Shown one piece after another: positions 16,123-20,000 of a stretch of 20,000 nt of DNA. Each line of letters starts with the position of its first letter. The first letter of the stretch is position 1. The translations under genes and the position numbers were made by a program. The notes beneath the pieces were generated by a model that was given only the letters and a program-made list of their open reading frames with translations, was not told the origin of the DNA and did not search any database. The DNA lies in the IMG/VR virus record IMGVR_UViG_3300042449_001682, one strand, 5' to 3'. This stretch comes from an uncultured virus (IMG/VR IMGVR_UViG_3300042449_001682) (Duplodnaviria; Heunggongvirae; Uroviricota; Caudoviricetes).

Positions 16123-16544
16123 TCACCATCTTTTATTCTCTCAAACTCATCTAATCCAACGATTAAATTTAATTTTCTACCATTTTGCCAATCAACTATT
16201 AAGTGATCTTCATTAAAAGTACTTACAGTTTGTATTTCTCTTACAATACCTATTGTATTTGGCCGTATTGGTTGTGGATCGTCTTCCATTTTAATTAAAC
16301 GTATAGTATCTCCAGGTATCGCATATTTACCATCACCATAATTTTGTCTACACCAACCTTTTAAAATATCATAAAATTCAACACTATTTTGATCAACACC
16401 ATAACGATTAATTAAATCATCTGAAATAGAAGTATTAGCGATAAACATAATATCTCTAAAAAAATTAAAATTATAATTAGGTAATGTATTTTTATTATAA
16501 TCTTTATTTAAAAAATTTAATACTTTACTTTGAAATGGTGTCAT
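16119..16544 (-). CDS. DUF4314-like domain protein
   Basis: C-terminal PGDTIRLIKMEDDP.PI.PNT.G.V...I.V.WQNGR.L.LI.G.DEF; ATGA overlap with the downstream gene. Confidence 0.7.
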   Translation of the reverse strand: MTPFQSKVLNFLNKDYNKNTLPNYNFNFFRDIMFIANTSISDDLINRYGVDQNSVEFYDILKGWCRQNYGDGKYAIPGDTIRLIKMEDDPQPIRPNTIGIVREIQTVSTFNEDHLIVDWQNGRKLNLIVGLDEFERIKDGE

Positions 16545-16545
16545 A

Positions 16546-17382
16546 CTATGGGTTTTCTACTTTAACTTCACCATCTGTAATTCTTTTTTTAGGATTAGAA
16601 TATGGCATACCCTCTCCGTCTTCTATTTCGATTTCTGGATACATATTTAAAAGATTCTCGATAGTCTTTTGTATCATAGTTAATTTTTTATGTTCTACGT
16701 CCATCCCACCATTTTTAGTAAATCTTAAGGCTGGTGCGATAGTACCTTCATTAAGTTCTAATAATCTAGTAATAACGTAAAGCCAAGCTGTTGGTTCATG
16801 TACTGCAACTCTTTCAAAAATTTCTGAAGTATCTATGGACACATTTTTAAGGTTAGTAGTATATTCTTCTTTTGCAGCAAGATAATCACGCTCTACCTTT
16901 TTATATGTTTCTTTCATTTTCGAAATGTCTAAATCATTTTGTATAGAAGTTAAAACTAAGTTATTTTCATACTTCATTTCCCCCAATATACCCTTTCTAC
17001 TAATATCTTCGGGAGAATCGTCAATATTATTTAATGATATTTCAAAAACTTTAGTTGCGAAATTTTGTGTGGATGAATTATAAAGTTTACCTAATATAAA
17101 AAAATTTGTTTCAGGTTCTTTTATACCTTCTGATAAATAGACATTACTATACCACAATTCATGATACCTTTGATATTCTTTACTGTATACTAAATCGTCT
17201 ATATTAAATTCCACTAATCCTTTAGAGTCGGGAACTGATTTTAACTCTGATATAATGTTACTAGTATATGTAATACCTTTCATGTCTCTGAAAGTGACAT
17301 AAAATTTACCATACATCACTATCTCCTCTAAACCACCTATTTCATATGTGTCTTGTAAATTAAATGATATGCTATTTGTCAT
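16546..17382 (-). CDS. Hypothetical protein, 278 aa
   Basis: Long ORF tightly packed in a minus-strand operon. Confidence 0.8.
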   Translation of the reverse strand: MTNSISFNLQDTYEIGGLEEIVMYGKFYVTFRDMKGITYTSNIISELKSVPDSKGLVEFNIDDLVYSKEYQRYHELWYSNVYLSEGIKEPETNFFILGKLYNSSTQNFATKVFEISLNNIDDSPEDISRKGILGEMKYENNLVLTSIQNDLDISKMKETYKKVERDYLAAKEEYTTNLKNVSIDTSEIFERVAVHEPTAWLYVITRLLELNEGTIAPALRFTKNGGMDVEHKKLTMIQKTIENLLNMYPEIEIEDGEGMPYSNPKKRITDGEVKVENP

Positions 17383-17394
17383 AATTTATTTTTT

Positions 17395-18036
17395 TTAAAT
17401 TGGATTATATTCACCCATTTTAAAGGGTTCTAATATTGGGTTTATTGCGTGTAACGAATAACTACCATCTGGACGATATTCAGCGTACACAAACTCTGCA
17501 CCCAACACTTTATTATTGGCATCGGCAGTATAAAAATAATCAGAAATAAATGGGTTATATTTTATTTCTTCTGCCATATTTTTTAAATTAATTGGATCGT
17601 CAGGTAAATCTTGTACTACCCCACCAACTCCAACTACTTGAGATCTTTTCGCAATTTCACCTACATCTTGTGTCGTTCTCATTATATTATGATAACCTAG
17701 ACTAATATCAAAATTAATATCACCACCTATAAGTATGTCATTGGTATATCCGATAATTCCAGGTGTAGAATGTTTTCTACCCCTTTTAGTTCTACCATAT
17801 ACACCAAACGCACCATTTTTATTGTGTTTGATATTATGTCTGTTAGTATGAAACCATACTTCTTTACCTAATAATTCAGGTGAATCACCCTCTAAATAAC
17901 CGTGTTGTGCCTTTGGCGCAATAACAGGTTCGCCCATCTCTGGATGATATGGGGGTGTTTCATTAATCATTCTATCCCTCATTTCCATAAGTAGATTAAC
18001 TTTCTTAATATTATTTATTTTATCTCTTGTTCTCAT
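17395..18036 (-). CDS. Hypothetical protein, 213 aa
   Basis: ORF directly after a late motif; basic leader ending LLME. Confidence 0.8.
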   Translation of the reverse strand: MRTRDKINNIKKVNLLMEMRDRMINETPPYHPEMGEPVIAPKAQHGYLEGDSPELLGKEVWFHTNRHNIKHNKNGAFGVYGRTKRGRKHSTPGIIGYTNDILIGGDINFDISLGYHNIMRTTQDVGEIAKRSQVVGVGGVVQDLPDDPINLKNMAEEIKYNPFISDYFYTADANNKVLGAEFVYAEYRPDGSYSLHAINPILEPFKMGEYNPI

Positions 18037-18040
18037 ATAT

Positions 18041-18049
18041 TATAAATAT
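18041..18049 (-). promoter_or_regulatory. ATATTTATA putative late promoter
   Basis: 4 nt before ATG 18036. Confidence 0.6.
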
Positions 18050-18059
18050 AACTTTAATG

Positions 18060-19001
18060 TTAATAATTTAATCTATCAGATAGTATTTCATTAAAATAAC
18101 CCCAATCTATATCTCCAGCCCCACCATATCTAAAATGTTTATCCGTATTAATTCGTATTAAGTCATCGGGAAAAAAGTAATTATATTCACCACTGTACCC
18201 ATCCTGTTCTTTTTCTTTAATTCCTGCAAAAATATCAATTAAATCAGGGTAATAACTATATAATGCATCTTCTACTACATCTTGATACCACTCACTGTTT
18301 GTTAACTCACCTATTTCTAAACTACCAACAAATTTTAACCCTAAACTCTTTTCATCTGCAACTAGTTTTCCGTTAAGGTTGGAAAGGTAGTCTAATACCC
18401 CATTTTCAAAATCTGAATGTAAGTATTCGACATCCGCACTGTTTTGTGCCTCAGATGCGGAACAACCTATTTCTGTATCATATTCGGATTGAATGTATTC
18501 ATAAAAACCTTCTTCACTTTCCTCACCTTCTAAATCTCTTAAATATTTTTCCTTTAGAGTTTCGATATTTTTTTCGTTAATCTTATCAATCAACCAAGAA
18601 TCTACATCCATACAATCGTAATCATAATTATAGTCATAGTCACCATTAAAATAATCCCTAACCATTCTTTGTATATCATAATCTCTATCATCTGCGAAAA
18701 ATTCTGATAAAGTGTTACCATCAAATTCAAATGTTATATAAAACGGTGTTCTATTTTCATATTCAGTTAAATATTTGTAGGCAATATTATATTCTTTTTG
18801 ATATTGATCGTAATCACCTTCAAAGTCCTCACCAAATTGTAAGTCCTCAATTGTTTTAAACATTCTTTCAGGATTTTTATCTAATAACTTAAAAACCCTC
18901 TCATAAAATTTTTCAGGAAAAATATTGTCTTTAGTATAATCTAAATCTCCCCCATTCTCAGTATTCTCCATTAAAATATTTTTAATTAATTTTTTCATCA
19001 T
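18060..19001 (-). CDS. Highly acidic D/E/Y-rich hypothetical protein, 313 aa
   Basis: Leader MMKKLIKNILMEN; ATGA overlap with the upstream gene. Confidence 0.8.
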   Translation of the reverse strand: MMKKLIKNILMENTENGGDLDYTKDNIFPEKFYERVFKLLDKNPERMFKTIEDLQFGEDFEGDYDQYQKEYNIAYKYLTEYENRTPFYITFEFDGNTLSEFFADDRDYDIQRMVRDYFNGDYDYNYDYDCMDVDSWLIDKINEKNIETLKEKYLRDLEGEESEEGFYEYIQSEYDTEIGCSASEAQNSADVEYLHSDFENGVLDYLSNLNGKLVADEKSLGLKFVGSLEIGELTNSEWYQDVVEDALYSYYPDLIDIFAGIKEKEQDGYSGEYNYFFPDDLIRINTDKHFRYGGAGDIDWGYFNEILSDRLNY

Positions 19002-20000
19002 AACCCAAATCTAGATTTAGTTGCATTATAATTTTGACTTATTTCTGTAGTACTTAAACCTTTAGTGTAGAAATAACAGGATCCAATTTTACCGTTAAGA
19101 AAAAGTGAACCCACACCACTACCAATAAAACCTAAATAAAATGGATTGCTTTCGTTATATGAGTCGCTACCATGTGAATTAGTAATATACTCTGTTTCAT
19201 TGATGTACACCTTAGTTGTATTCGATGATGAGGTTATTTGTGACATAAATGTTAACAAGTACCAAGTATTAGTCGTAACTGTTAGGGTAGAATTACTTAT
19301 TTTCTGTTGACTAGTACCATTTGTAACACATCTTACTATCCCACTGTTTGAGAATAACCCACCCCAATATCCGTCAAACCCAAACGATCCAGATAATTTA
19401 CCAAAAACAGGTATCTGCTGGTTAAGTCCACCTAAAGAATCGAATTTAACCCAAACCTGTACAGTTTTTTGGGTGGTAGTTGAAAGAGATAGTGAAGAAT
19501 TGTGAGGAACACTAATAGTATCGTTAATACCATCAAAATCAAATATACCACCATCCGTAGATAACCAAGTTGCACCATTTATTGTTGCGTCATTCCCATT
19601 ACCTGTTTCATCGGACCAAGATCCACTAATATAATTAGATGCATCTAATTCCATAAATAAACTATCAGTAACTATCCCACTAATCGAACCACCCCAAGAA
19701 GTCCAATAACCATTATTATTTAAATAATTTTTACATCCATCTCCCGTACTAAAACTTTGATTAAACAGTCCATTAGTTAAACTAATGAAAGAATTTTCTG
19801 TTTTTGATTCCGATCGCCAAAAACCCAAATATGCGGATACATTATCTGGGTTAGGTTGTGTGCCAGATAATGTTGTATGTGCAATAACGTAACCTAAATC
19901 TTCATCTGGACCGTTCCACCATCTAACACCACCTGCATTTTGAGAATAGTTTAAAGAAGGGGATACCCCTATGGCAATACTACCTACTTGTTCTGTACCA
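18998..20000 (-). CDS. LamG/concanavalin A-like lectin domain protein, putative virion surface protein (5' end beyond window)
   Basis: Frame stays open past 19828 to the edge (GTEQVGSIAIG..WWNGPDEDLGYVIAH..YLGFWRS); C-terminal LDA..W.D.TGNGN.ATING..FDFDG.ND..TVQVWVK..WY.L..YIN..GKIG....Y.K.LS..EI.QNY fits LamG_3. Confidence 0.85.
   Translation of the reverse strand, partial: GTEQVGSIAIGVSPSLNYSQNAGGVRWWNGPDEDLGYVIAHTTLSGTQPNPDNVSAYLGFWRSESKTENSFISLTNGLFNQSFSTGDGCKNYLNNNGYWTSWGGSISGIVTDSLFMELDASNYISGSWSDETGNGNDATINGATWLSTDGGIFDFDGINDTISVPHNSSLSLSTTTQKTVQVWVKFDSLGGLNQQIPVFGKLSGSFGFDGYWGGLFSNSGIVRCVTNGTSQQKISNSTLTVTTNTWYLLTFMSQITSSSNTTKVYINETEYITNSHGSDSYNESNPFYLGFIGSGVGSLFLNGKIGSCYFYTKGLSTTEISQNYNATKSRFGL

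Larger units (their letters stand above)
1..20000. other. Segment of a large tailed-phage genome, probable Bacteroidota host
   Basis: Many hypothetical genes mixed with thyA, KTSC, orphan MTase, ClpC, tail-type lysozyme, HNH-like and LamG genes; recurrent TATTTAT upstream motif; Bacteroidota TTTG/TAnnTTTG promoters; no SD sites. No capsid or terminase gene in the window, so the phage call is inferred. Confidence 0.85.

Noticed and set aside
1715..16780. Antisense or nested ORFs in the track (1715-2227, 2680-2934, 2974-3165, 3805-4014, 4507-4731, 5834-6184, 6945-7292, 7740-8312, 9570-9755, 10190-10435, 10698-10886, 14708-14890, 15971-16216, 16484-16780)
   Set aside because: They overlap better-supported genes, mostly show the S/L/F/I-rich composition of shadow frames, and lack promoter or domain support.
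8121..18049. Reading the motif as T4-type late promoter TATAAATA on the plus strand
   Set aside because: Orientation relative to downstream starts on both strands consistently favours TATTTAT on the coding strand.
1..20000. Stop-codon reassignment as seen in some large phages
   Set aside because: The standard code already gives near-complete coding density, and TAA, TAG and TGA all end genes at sensible boundaries.
1..20000. tRNA, rRNA, CRISPR array, intron or intein
   Set aside because: Intergenic gaps are short and mostly explained by promoters; no cloverleaf, repeat-spacer pattern or splice motifs seen; the thyA inserts are short and in frame.

Overview
AT-rich, densely coding window that looks like part of a large (jumbo-type) tailed phage genome with a Bacteroidota host. 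The host call rests on four exact TTTG-N19/20-TAnnTTTG promoters, signal peptides cleaved before Gln, and A-rich translation starts without Shine-Dalgarno sites. The left end holds a truncated thyA, a KTSC protein, an orphan beta-class DNA methyltransferase and a ClpC ATPase. The rest is mostly minus-strand genes, often headed by a TATTTAT motif. Many of their products share a short basic N-terminal leader ending in [IL]-x-E, suggesting capsid-targeted proteins: two OmpA-like proteins, an LRR protein, a tail-type lysozyme with SH3, a HExxH peptidase and DUF192. DUF4314 and LamG proteins are also present. Three plus-strand genes for secreted proteins (two with CAP/SCP domains) carry nearly the same host-type promoter plus MKNL signal-peptide cassette. 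The most notable structure is a module present twice in tandem: an early secreted CAP gene converging on a late gene unit that encodes an OmpA-like protein. Three promoter classes are visible, and two small genes are missing from the ORF track. Domain calls are by eye; no searches were run.
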